Origin: a virus
Direction: 5' to 3' (one strand)
DNA: 64,000 bases
IMG/VR virus record: IMGVR_UViG_3300042691_020932
Coordinates: 1-64,000 of that record
Shown here: positions 50,684-57,941 of the stretch, in pieces
How positions within the stretch are numbered: position 1 is the stretch's first letter
Layout: each line of letters opens with the position of its first letter
Position numbers and translations under genes: made by a program
The notes under the pieces: generated by a model
What the model was told of the DNA's origin: nothing
The model's database searches: none
The model's input: only the letters and a program-made list of their open reading frames with translations

Positions 50684-51084
50684 TATCGTGTTGGTTCTAA
50701 TGCGAACGAGAGTTGTTGTGCGGGAACATCGATCCCAACAATGTTATAAATGACAGTAACGTTAAACTCATTACTGTCATAATTTGGTACTACATTTACT
50801 TCAATTAAATCAACTCTTGGTTCATAGTTTACAATTGTAAATTCAATCTCATCTTTAATAGCAATTGCAGTATTATCATCTAAGTTTTCAAATAAAAATC
50901 TAGAAATCCTTGATCCAATATTTTCATTAAAAAATCTTTCTCCAGGAGAAGTAAATACAAGATTTCTAATTGAACGAGATATAGCCGTTTCATTTTTAAG
51001 TGCGATTAAGTCATAATTTAAAGGGCTGACCAAAAAGGACATACTTAAGTCTTTAAATCCTATGCTTGTCCTTTCTAAAGGCAT
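50683..51084 (-). CDS. gp25: Baseplate wedge subunit
   Basis: AISRSIRNLV.T.PGERFF, YEPRV. Confidence 0.95.
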   Translation of the reverse strand: MPLERTSIGFKDLSMSFLVSPLNYDLIALKNETAISRSIRNLVFTSPGERFFNENIGSRISRFLFENLDDNTAIAIKDEIEFTIVNYEPRVDLIEVNVVPNYDSNEFNVTVIYNIVGIDVPAQQLSFALEPTR

Positions 51085-51112
51085 GAAATCGCACTTAAAT
51101 CTATCTTATTTA

Positions 51113-51364
51113 TTAGGGTTTTACCTCATATAGGGGTTCCGTACCATAACCCCAGTCATCATAATCCTCATCATTTCTGATTTTAGAGTGAATTTCATTT
51201 TGATGAAAAAAATCGTGTTTTTTGGGAGTTATTTCATCATTTGCAATCTCACGAAGCATCTTTTGCTTCTGAATTTGTTGCTCCCAACCATATTCTGAAG
51301 ACAAATATTGGGTCCCCCACTGGTTTTTCATAAAATTTTGGTCTTTATCAACTTGTTTTGTCAT
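51113..51364 (-). CDS. Conserved hypothetical protein
   Basis: 83-aa ORF with MLREIAND..TPKK and DDW.YGTEP. Confidence 0.75.
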   Translation of the reverse strand: MTKQVDKDQNFMKNQWGTQYLSSEYGWEQQIQKQKMLREIANDEITPKKHDFFHQNEIHSKIRNDEDYDDWGYGTEPLYEVKP

Positions 51365-52052
51365 TTTTTGCTCCTGATTCGTTAAAATCAGAACTTTTTA
51401 CGGGGTTGCTATCCCGAATTTTTGTAATTTCGTACATAAAATCGTCAGATGTTTCAATTTTTCTACGATTTTCGACAGAATATTCGGTTAAATCAATTTC
51501 ATACCCTGGATTTTTGGTAATTCTGTTCTTAGTCCATGCATCATCGTACCATAAAATCTTATTATTTGGGTATGCATAGAAATTTCCATTATCCATCTTA
51601 AAAAAGTGAGCACATTTATGCTCAGGAGTTTCACTAAAGTTAGTATTCAGTGTAGATTTTGATTCCCACGACCAATCAAGAGTAAAAAGATAAGTTCCTT
51701 CATTCTTTTCTCCGCGATAATTGATTAATTCGGCCCGTAAGTTAGCAAGTCTCGAACGAATTTGAATGTCAATATAGGGAGAAAAACAATCCCACCACAT
51801 ACACTCTTCTAATTCGGGTGCTGGTGCATTTGGTTTCCAACAAAATGCATGAATTGGTCTACGAGTCCAGTTGACTCCATTCTCTAGAAACGCCTCAAAG
51901 AGGGGTACATGCTTCTCTAAGGACGCTACGGAGTGTACGTCACATAAAGTTACCTCACCATGACCTTTTTTGTGATTGTAGAGGAACTCATTACGAATAT
52001 AACAGGTAATCGTTGGAAGATTATGATTTAGATATGCCATATTATGATACAA
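51348..52052 (-). CDS. Conserved hypothetical phage protein (start may be MAYLNHNLP)
   Basis: IRNEFLYNH..GHGE, WWDCFS, EHKCAH, GNFYAYPNN. Confidence 0.85.
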   Translation of the reverse strand: MYHNMAYLNHNLPTITCYIRNEFLYNHKKGHGEVTLCDVHSVASLEKHVPLFEAFLENGVNWTRRPIHAFCWKPNAPAPELEECMWWDCFSPYIDIQIRSRLANLRAELINYRGEKNEGTYLFTLDWSWESKSTLNTNFSETPEHKCAHFFKMDNGNFYAYPNNKILWYDDAWTKNRITKNPGYEIDLTEYSVENRRKIETSDDFMYEITKIRDSNPVKSSDFNESGAKNDKTS

Positions 52053-52076
52053 AAAAAGCAGGAGTAAATCCTGCTC
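52051..52076 (-). terminator. Intrinsic terminator
   Basis: AGCAGGA-TTTAC-TCCTGCT followed by a U-tract. Confidence 0.8.
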
Positions 52077-52087
52077 TATCTATAATA

Positions 52088-52231
52088 TTAACCTCTACCT
52101 TGACCGCGATACCTTTTCTTACGCCCATTACGAGAGGTTGCACTGAGTAGTGTGCGAGCAGAACGTCCTTGACGAGTCTTCTTCGGTGCTCCGGGTTCGA
52201 ACACAGTCTTATTACTTCCACCTTTAGCCAT
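52088..52231 (-). CDS. Small very basic protein (not in ORF track)
   Basis: MAKGGSNKTVFEPGAPKKTRQGRSARTLLSATSRNGRKKRYRGQGRG; GGAGG ribosome-binding site upstream. Confidence 0.8.
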   Translation of the reverse strand: MAKGGSNKTVFEPGAPKKTRQGRSARTLLSATSRNGRKKRYRGQGRG

Positions 52232-52379
52232 CGTTAATTTCCTCCAGTTCAATTAAATTAGGATCAACATCTTCATCCGAGTAAAAACGCTCAGCGAAGT
52301 CTTGAAGAACCTCACTACATTCTTCGGCAGTGAGGTTCATATAAATTTTACGTCCTTTATAAAGTACGTTATAACTCAT
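52224..52379 (-). CDS. Small acidic hypothetical protein (not in ORF track)
   Basis: MSYNVLYKGRKIYMNLTAEECSEVLQDFAERFYSDEDVDPNLIELEEINDG; coupled to both neighbours. Confidence 0.75.
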   Translation of the reverse strand: MSYNVLYKGRKIYMNLTAEECSEVLQDFAERFYSDEDVDPNLIELEEINDG

Positions 52380-53146
52380 TAGATTACGCGAGTTTTTTCA
52401 TGTCCGACTCTAATACGAGGATCGCACCAGATTTCGAAGCCCTCTTCCTTTGCATCAAGACAGAATGAAACATCTTCTCCACACATATCTTGAACTGCTC
52501 CAGACTCAAAGACTTGCATCTTAGGCGCAAACCAAGGATATTCAAGTCTCTCAAAAACTCCATTCTTAATCATAACCCATCCAAAACCTGTATAATCTAC
52601 AGTGAATGGCTTACGACGCTTTGAAATTGATTCCACAGTTTCATGATTCATCACTCCACCATTCTTACGGAAATCATCCTCTTCTAACCAGTGTGCGACA
52701 GAAGTTGTGTGACCGTCCTCAGTTGCATACCAACCTGCAACGATCTCTTTTTCCTCACCCTCTTCATTGAGAGCAACATCACAGAGTTGCCAGAACTTTT
52801 CACTTGTAAAAACAATATCACTATCAATCCATAGTTGATAATCATATTGTAGTTTTCCATCCCAAGGAACCTGCTTTGGTCCCCTTAGAACATTTGCTCC
52901 GAGTACTTTACAACGTGCAAAGTTAACCATTGATGAGTAATCTTGCGAAATCTGAATACTCATTCCATTCTGTACTAGATCAAAACAAAGTTGTACGAAT
53001 GCTTTGAGAAAAATAAAAGAACATCCTCTACCAGGAAGACAGAAGACAATTGATTTACCTTTCATTCGTTCTTTAATTGCATCATAATCCCATTCTTGTT
53101 CTTTGGGTTTAGGTGCAGTAGCTTTAACAGTGAATCCTTTTGCCAT
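52379..53146 (-). CDS. GT-A fold glycosyltransferase-like protein
   Basis: DYQLWIDSDI (DxD), VDYTGFGW, GEDVSFC, RVGHEK. Confidence 0.8.
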   Translation of the reverse strand: MAKGFTVKATAPKPKEQEWDYDAIKERMKGKSIVFCLPGRGCSFIFLKAFVQLCFDLVQNGMSIQISQDYSSMVNFARCKVLGANVLRGPKQVPWDGKLQYDYQLWIDSDIVFTSEKFWQLCDVALNEEGEEKEIVAGWYATEDGHTTSVAHWLEEDDFRKNGGVMNHETVESISKRRKPFTVDYTGFGWVMIKNGVFERLEYPWFAPKMQVFESGAVQDMCGEDVSFCLDAKEEGFEIWCDPRIRVGHEKTRVI

Positions 53147-53170
53147 AAGTTAAAATAACCTTCAACATCA

Positions 53171-53199
53171 ATTTTAACAGTCTATATATGCGTTGTCAA
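53171..53199 (-). promoter_or_regulatory. sigma70-type promoter for the glycosyltransferase-like gene
   Basis: TTGACA-17-TAAAAT with extended TG. Confidence 0.8.
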
Positions 53200-53204
53200 T
53201 TTTT

Positions 53205-53405
53205 CTAGTGTGATGAATTTAGAACCACTTCCTTATTCATAACTAACTCCTCATACTGCAAATCCTCCTTCTGAATATTCATATCAAGAAACTCAATCAT
53301 TCTGTGTAACATCTCCCATGTTTCAGAAAATTTATCCTCTGAAAGGCTGTGATATATGCACCTGTCCTTTGCGTATATGTGATATATCTTCTCTTCTTTT
53401 CTCAT
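53205..53405 (-). CDS. Hypothetical protein
   Basis: 66 aa; YHIYAKD.C.YHSL...YEEL. Confidence 0.7.
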   Translation of the reverse strand: MRKEEKIYHIYAKDRCIYHSLSEDKFSETWEMLHRMIEFLDMNIQKEDLQYEELVMNKEVVLNSSH

Positions 53406-53427
53406 AAAAAATTTTTTCGGAATTTTT

Positions 53428-53592
53428 TTATCTAGTCATTGCATTATATATCATGACTATCAGTATTCCAAGGGGCACTCCAATAATTCGGAATACCTTC
53501 CCTGGATACCGTATTAACCATCCTGCAAAGACAACCTTCCAGAATCCCCAGTGGGGACCCCTATTCCAATATGGGGTTTTTGCTCTTCTCAT
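53428..53592 (-). CDS. Small membrane protein (not in ORF track)
   Basis: MRRAKTPYWNRGPHWGFWKVVFAGWLIRYPGKVFRIIGVPLGILIVMIYNAMTR. Confidence 0.7.
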   Translation of the reverse strand: MRRAKTPYWNRGPHWGFWKVVFAGWLIRYPGKVFRIIGVPLGILIVMIYNAMTR

Positions 53593-53740
53593 ACCTTCCG
53601 GAAAATTTTTAAGAGATTGATATAACTTGGTCGATTTGTCACCTCTGTAGGTTAGGGTAGTTTGGGTTTTTTATAACCGCAACGCCGCCGCGACGATATA
53701 AACAATCGGCGCAAAACGCTGCCGATCACTGTTATCACCA

Positions 53741-53780
53741 AGCATAACATAAGTGCCCCTCAGTGTCAACCAAGGGGCAC
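53741..53780 (-). promoter_or_regulatory. sigma70 promoter whose -35 lies in the loop of an 8-bp GC hairpin
   Basis: TTGACA-17-TATGCT; arms GTGCCCCT (53753-60) and AGGGGCAC (53773-80). Confidence 0.75.
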
Positions 53781-53791
53781 ACAGTAGACTA

Positions 53792-53932
53792 TCAGAACTC
53801 GATCGTATTCAGTGTCCCCAGACTATCAGTATCCTCAGCAACATTGTCACTGGTGAGATAGTCAAGAATCGACAGAATCTCAGTGCCGTTATCACATTCA
53901 GCCAGCATCGAGATCATCACAGACTTAGACAT
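53792..53932 (-). CDS. Small acidic protein, paralog 1
   Basis: MSKSVMISMLAECDNGTEILSILD...; similar to 54026-54163. Confidence 0.75.
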   Translation of the reverse strand: MSKSVMISMLAECDNGTEILSILDYLTSDNVAEDTDSLGTLNTIEF

Positions 53933-54025
53933 GTTGAGTGTTTGAGTGTTAGTTAGTGTGTGGTGAGTTGGGTATATTTTATGACCCCCCAATTCATAGG
54001 GTCACTGATGCTAACTGTACTGTAC

Positions 54026-54163
54026 TCAGTTAACTGCGAAGACTTCAGCGCAACTATCAATGCCCTCTTGCTCAATGTCAGAGACGATAACATCGAGGAT
54101 GGAGAGAATCTCATCACCAGTGTTACCTTGTGCCAGCATCGAAAGGATAACGGTCTTGGACAT
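54026..54163 (-). CDS. Small acidic protein, paralog 2 (not in ORF track)
   Basis: MSKTVILSMLAQGNTGDEILSILDVIVSDIEQEGIDSCAEVFAVN. Confidence 0.75.
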   Translation of the reverse strand: MSKTVILSMLAQGNTGDEILSILDVIVSDIEQEGIDSCAEVFAVN

Positions 54164-54232
54164 AATAACGAAGAAAAGTGTAGTGAACTGTGAGTGCCTA
54201 GTTTATACTCATGCGACAGGAGTTGGTGTTAC

Positions 54233-54478
54233 TTAGAAGTCGAACACGTCGCTATTCAGTTGGATCACATTCACCCTAGGGTCAGAGAACTTAACACCGT
54301 CAGGAGTAGAGTATCCAACACCGATCTCTTTTACGAAGGTTTGGTAATCACCACACTCACGAGCGAGGTTATACAAACCCTCATCATTGTTGATCCAGAG
54401 AGCAACATTCCAGGTCTCATAATTCTCCCAACCGTTATAGGAAATGTCGAGAGCATTGCGTTGGAAAGTGTTAGTCAT
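54233..54478 (-). CDS. Conserved early phage hypothetical protein
   Basis: YNGWENYETWNVALWINND motif. Confidence 0.85.
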   Translation of the reverse strand: MTNTFQRNALDISYNGWENYETWNVALWINNDEGLYNLARECGDYQTFVKEIGVGYSTPDGVKFSDPRVNVIQLNSDVFDF

Positions 54479-54522
54479 TTGGTAAGTCTTGAGTGTTAGC
54501 GGGGCGGTGAACTTGTGCCCCT

Positions 54523-54551
54523 CATACTATTAGGACACTTTACGGGGCCCA
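54523..54551 (-). repeat. 29-bp cassette/promoter element, copy 1
   Basis: TGGGCCCCGTAAAGTGTCCTAATAGTATG. Confidence 0.95.
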
Positions 54552-54554
54552 GTA

Positions 54555-54734
54555 TTAGTCACTCACCCTACTTTGAATATCACTGAGAATCTCAGCTATC
54601 ACCTCTACGCTATCCCTATCGTTCTGCTCTAGTTGTTGCATAACGTCTTGCAGTTGTGGTAGGATACTGATGACTAGTTGCGGCACCCTGATAATACTCA
54701 TTTCACCCAAATTCTTATACTTTAGTGGTCTCAT
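54555..54734 (-). CDS. Small putative DNA-binding (ribbon-helix-helix-like) protein (not in ORF track)
   Basis: MRPLKYKNLGEMSIIRVPQLVISILPQLQDVMQQLEQNDRDSVEVIAEILSDIQSRVSD; basic N-terminus, IRVP strand, then helices. Confidence 0.6.
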   Translation of the reverse strand: MRPLKYKNLGEMSIIRVPQLVISILPQLQDVMQQLEQNDRDSVEVIAEILSDIQSRVSD

Positions 54735-54786
54735 AGTTTTGTTAACATAACTGGGGGTATTTAGGGGGGGTTATGTTAACAAAACT
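54735..54786 (-). promoter_or_regulatory. Perfect 17-bp inverted repeat with a late promoter (CTAAATA) in the loop
   Basis: Arms AGTTTTGTTAACATAAC (54735-51) and GTTATGTTAACAAAACT (54770-86); tatttag at 54758-64. Confidence 0.85.
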
Positions 54787-54798
54787 CACATCACTAAA

Positions 54799-54972
54799 TC
54801 ACCACTTATCAGGACGGCTGAGGTCTTCCACGTATGCCGAAACCTTCTCAGCTGGTTCCAATTTGAATACCTTCTCCCACTCTAATTGATGAGGGTCGAA
54901 GTCCTCAAAGACTTCAAGTTCCAGAGTGACCCTATAACGCTGCTTCTGGGCTTGACGATATGCAACCGACAT
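54799..54972 (-). CDS. Hypothetical protein (not in ORF track)
   Basis: MSVAYRQAQKQRYRVTLELEVFEDFDPHQLEWEKVFKLEPAEKVSAYVEDLSRPDKW; has its own promoter and a GGAG ribosome-binding site. Confidence 0.8.
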   Translation of the reverse strand: MSVAYRQAQKQRYRVTLELEVFEDFDPHQLEWEKVFKLEPAEKVSAYVEDLSRPDKW

Positions 54973-55001
54973 AAGTGTGCTCCGTGAGTGTTACTGAGGA
55001 C

Positions 55002-55030
55002 AGTATAAGATGCTGAGGGCATTGTGTCAA
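55002..55030 (-). promoter_or_regulatory. sigma70-type promoter
   Basis: TTGACA-17-TATACT. Confidence 0.85.
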
Positions 55031-55101
55031 GGTCTGGGGGTATTTATGAGGGGGTTTATATGTGGCGGAGGATGTGTGGGGATTTGATGACGCGGGGGTG
55101 C

Positions 55102-55130
55102 TTGACATTTCTGGGAGTTTGTGATAGCTT
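55102..55130 (+). promoter_or_regulatory. Plus-strand sigma70-type promoter pointing into non-coding DNA
   Basis: TTGACA-17-TAGCTT with extended TG. Confidence 0.6.
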
Positions 55131-55320
55131 GCGCGCAAAGATAACAAGACTCTGAGGCATTTAAAGGGCATTAAAAGGGTCTCTAATTGATACGAATTCT
55201 TATCATTATCACCTCTTAATAACAATAATTATCGCACAAATAAATCACTCAGCTATAATTAAAAAAGGCTTTTTCAAACGTTTTAATACATTTTTGACAC
55301 TAAATCACGTTTTTAGGCAT

Positions 55321-55347
55321 AAAAAAAGACCTCACGAATGAGGTCTC
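55321..55347 (-). terminator. Intrinsic terminator ending the early small-gene array
   Basis: AGACCTCA-TTCG-TGAGGTCT followed by a U-tract. Confidence 0.9.
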
Positions 55348-55356
55348 TATGTATAT

Positions 55357-55593
55357 TCAATCAAGTGCTAATCGGTAACGAGCATAATCCTCTGCATCGC
55401 TACGTTTGCGGAATCGTGCTTCTTCTCCTTCAAATCGTAGAGGCAAATACCTATACTTCTTACCTTCCTTAGTCATAACAATTCGGGAGAATAGGTGCAG
55501 TGAGTAACTACCATCCTCACTTCTTTCCTTCTCTTTCTTGACAATGAAAGGGAGAACTTGTTGATCGTTGAATGACTGTTTAGAGAGTAACAT
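55357..55593 (-). CDS. Hypothetical protein
   Basis: 78-aa ORF directly upstream of the terminator. Confidence 0.7.
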   Translation of the reverse strand: MLLSKQSFNDQQVLPFIVKKEKERSEDGSYSLHLFSRIVMTKEGKKYRYLPLRFEGEEARFRKRSDAEDYARYRLALD

Positions 55594-55607
55594 GACGGAA
55601 TTGATTA

Positions 55608-55793
55608 TCAGAAACGAATGATAAGTTGATCTAGACCAAAGACATCAGAATCATATGGAGCAGACACTAACTCTACACCTGACTGATAATACATTGGCAA
55701 ATCATCAAATCCAGAATCACAAATGACGACATCTTGATTGAGTTGATCTTCGGTGAGAGATTGCAGTTGTGAGAGAAGTTCTTTGTAAGTCAT
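55608..55793 (-). CDS. Hypothetical protein
   Basis: MTYKELLSQLQSLTEDQLNQDV, a common phage N-terminus. Confidence 0.75.
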   Translation of the reverse strand: MTYKELLSQLQSLTEDQLNQDVVICDSGFDDLPMYYQSGVELVSAPYDSDVFGLDQLIIRF

Positions 55794-55972
55794 TTGGTAT
55801 AATCAATAATGAGTTGTTCGAGTGTATGAAGCGTCTTTACATTCCAGTTCTTAATATCACCATGAGGAGCATACAGTTTGCTATACCATCGACCATAAAG
55901 TTCAGGATTTAGATGTTGAACTTTCTCTAGAGTGTCAGCAATGAGAAAGTCAATTTGTTCTTGGTAATTCAC
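55790..55972 (-). CDS. Hypothetical protein
   Basis: 60 aa; 4-bp overlaps with neighbours. Confidence 0.65.
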   Translation of the reverse strand: MNYQEQIDFLIADTLEKVQHLNPELYGRWYSKLYAPHGDIKNWNVKTLHTLEQLIIDYTK

Positions 55973-56100
55973 TGTACTAATTCAGCAGGACTTCCACAGG
56001 AGAGATAGAATTGAACCATCCTTTGTGCTTCATCAAGTGTAGGAAAGCTTTGCGTTCTCCATTGTTGTTGATAAGGCGTAAAGTATCGGATTGTGAACAT
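55969..56100 (-). CDS. Hypothetical protein (not in ORF track)
   Basis: MFTIRYFTPYQQQWRTQSFPTLDEAQRMVQFYLSCGSPAELVQ. Confidence 0.7.
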   Translation of the reverse strand: MFTIRYFTPYQQQWRTQSFPTLDEAQRMVQFYLSCGSPAELVQ

Positions 56101-56101
56101 T

Positions 56102-56278
56102 TTAGTTTTGATTGTTGGAATAAAGAATGTCTAGCATTTGTTGGTAGTAGTTATCTGCTTCTACCTCACATTGATGAGACTGAGTTGCATCTTCAATCTC
56201 ATATTGTTTCATATTAAGAGAGTGAATCACGTTGTCTAGAAGATTAGTCAGTGCTTCAATCTTTTGTTCGTTAGTCAT
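56102..56278 (-). CDS. Hypothetical protein
   Basis: MTNEQKIEAL...; start coupled to the upstream stop (TAATG). Confidence 0.65.
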   Translation of the reverse strand: MTNEQKIEALTNLLDNVIHSLNMKQYEIEDATQSHQCEVEADNYYQQMLDILYSNNQN

Positions 56279-56433
56279 TACAAACACCAATCAGCTCCTT
56301 CGGGATCGAATAACGTCCAGTTGCTAATATCTTGTGGGATGATATTATCTCGGGCAAAATCTCTTGCTTCTTGTTCAGTCTCAAACTCGTGAAAGTCGAG
56401 AATGTCATCATCGTTTTGGAGAAGATAAGACAT
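56278..56433 (-). CDS. Hypothetical protein (not in ORF track)
   Basis: MSYLLQNDDDILDFHEFETEQEARDFARDNIIPQDISNWTLFDPEGADWCL. Confidence 0.65.
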   Translation of the reverse strand: MSYLLQNDDDILDFHEFETEQEARDFARDNIIPQDISNWTLFDPEGADWCL

Positions 56434-56750
56434 CACTTAAGCACCATACCTTCAGTGAAAGGAATTGTGTTGTCATTATCTACAACAAACCATTCAAAGT
56501 CACGTTGAAAGATACGGGCATCATTTCCGTGAACTTTCAGAATAGCATTGAGACGTGATTTGGTGGTAGGAGTCTTATACCCACAGGTGTAAAGTTCAAG
56601 GAAGGTATCACCAATCGTTGCAATATGATTGCCATGAAGCATAACATATGAAGCATCACGTTCGGGCGAATAAGTTACCTCCGTGTTGTCATTTTTCCAG
56701 TCAGTGCAATCACAGATTGCTTTGTTCATTTGGGATTCGATCTTTCTCAT
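56433..56750 (-). CDS. Conserved phage hypothetical protein
   Basis: MRKIESQMNKAI...LHGNHIA...TTKSRLNAIL...FQRDFEWF. Confidence 0.85.
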   Translation of the reverse strand: MRKIESQMNKAICDCTDWKNDNTEVTYSPERDASYVMLHGNHIATIGDTFLELYTCGYKTPTTKSRLNAILKVHGNDARIFQRDFEWFVVDNDNTIPFTEGMVLK

Positions 56751-56768
56751 GGTAGGAAGTGTTGTGGT

Positions 56769-56797
56769 TATACTACTAGGACACTTTGGGTGGCCCA
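56769..56797 (-). repeat. 29-bp element, copy 2 (flank A)
   Basis: AACAAATAG-TGGGCCACCCAAAGTGTCCTAGTAGTATA. Confidence 0.97.
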
Positions 56798-56808
56798 CTA
56801 TTTGTTAC

Positions 56809-57063
56809 TCAGAACTTTTCGATCCATTGTTGAATCTTTTGCAGTGCAGTTTGTTGATCGTTACACTTACACTTGCGGAACTTGGTAGTGTTTAATCCCT
56901 TGGAAATTAGTTCCAGTTTGCCATCAGCAAGACAGAAGATTCCATAGCGTGAGTTATGAAAAATGTTGTTAATCCATGACTCTTGACTATCAGCACTGAC
57001 CTTAATAAAAGTGGAATTGCGCCCACTTAAAGTGCTATTGTCGATGTGAAGATAAGGGAACAT
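56809..57063 (-). CDS. Hypothetical protein
   Basis: 84 aa; WINNIFHNSRY..F and KFRK motifs. Confidence 0.75.
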   Translation of the reverse strand: MFPYLHIDNSTLSGRNSTFIKVSADSQESWINNIFHNSRYGIFCLADGKLELISKGLNTTKFRKCKCNDQQTALQKIQQWIEKF

Positions 57064-57067
57064 AATT

Positions 57068-57274
57068 TCAGAGAGAGAATACTTTATATGTCACAAGTTG
57101 GGAATCTCGATCATACTTTTCATAGGACCAAGTACCTTCGGTTTGTTCAACATAAGAGTGAACATTGTCATTGGAATCTTCTTTCCAAAAGGCACCAGTT
57201 TCAGGTTGGAAGAAATAACCAGAAGCGATAAGTGCGTCAGTGAATGTCATTGTGATTTCAGTGTTAAGTAACAA
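57068..57274 (-). CDS. Hypothetical protein, paralog of 59202-59426
   Basis: MTFTDALIASGY...H.Y.E...W.Y.K. Confidence 0.75.
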   Translation of the reverse strand: MLLNTEITMTFTDALIASGYFFQPETGAFWKEDSNDNVHSYVEQTEGTWSYEKYDRDSQLVTYKVFSL

Positions 57275-57277
57275 TAA

Positions 57278-57484
57278 TCAGGCAGCGATTGCAGACTCTA
57301 GACATACCTCACGGGTTTCCATGATAGCATAATCAAAACCCTCAACTTCTTCTAGGTGCTTTTGATAAGCAACAGCAGCAGAGAAACAATCAAACAAGCG
57401 GAGAGATTTGAAGTTTTCACCTTCATAATCATAACCACCGATTACAGCGTAGACTTTCATTTCGGACATTTGGGAAGCGTTCAT
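57278..57484 (-). CDS. Hypothetical protein
   Basis: MKVYAVIGGYDYEGE; in frame with the ATG of element copy 3. Confidence 0.8.
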   Translation of the reverse strand: MNASQMSEMKVYAVIGGYDYEGENFKSLRLFDCFSAAVAYQKHLEEVEGFDYAIMETREVCLESAIAA

Positions 57485-57510
57485 ACTACTAGGACACTTT
57501 GGGTGGCCCA
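57482..57510 (-). repeat. 29-bp element, copy 3 (flank B)
   Basis: TGATAAACAC-TGGGCCACCCAAAGTGTCCTAGTAGTATG. Confidence 0.97.
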
Positions 57511-57529
57511 GTGTTTATCATCATCAATA

Positions 57530-57685
57530 TCAAGACTTTTTATAATCTCGATTCATTGCAGCAACTTGATAGGATGAACGTGCCACAATTTCATTCCTAG
57601 AAGTGTGTTGAGATTGTGCGCGATGATTATATCCTACCCACACAAAACCTTGTGTTTTAAGGTCACATGCAACATTGTAAATCAT
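57530..57685 (-). CDS. Hypothetical protein
   Basis: MIYNVACDLKT...; fills the gap between neighbours. Confidence 0.55.
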   Translation of the reverse strand: MIYNVACDLKTQGFVWVGYNHRAQSQHTSRNEIVARSSYQVAAMNRDYKKS

Positions 57686-57689
57686 GAGA

Positions 57690-57923
57690 TCAAGAATAGT
57701 AAAGATTTGCAATTTCATTGCGAAGACGATTCAGAGTCTCCCAGTTTGAAATATATCCAACCTCGGAAGAGATGCTATCATCGAAGGTCGCATATCCAAG
57801 GACATCGACAATATCGTTCACATACAATCCTTGGTGAGCATTGAGTTCTTCATCATCAAACTGGTTGAAGTAACGAACCAGAAAGTTGAGTGCTTCAGTG
57901 TAAAGTTCTTGAGTCATTTGCAT
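57690..57923 (-). CDS. Hypothetical protein
   Basis: 77-aa acidic ORF. Confidence 0.65.
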   Translation of the reverse strand: MQMTQELYTEALNFLVRYFNQFDDEELNAHQGLYVNDIVDVLGYATFDDSISSEVGYISNWETLNRLRNEIANLYYS

Positions 57924-57941
57924 TTGATAGTATTTGGCAAT

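Noticed and set aside
53595-55350. tRNA genes in the non-coding stretches
   Set aside because: No cloverleaf with a TTC-containing T-arm and acceptor stem could be built by eye.
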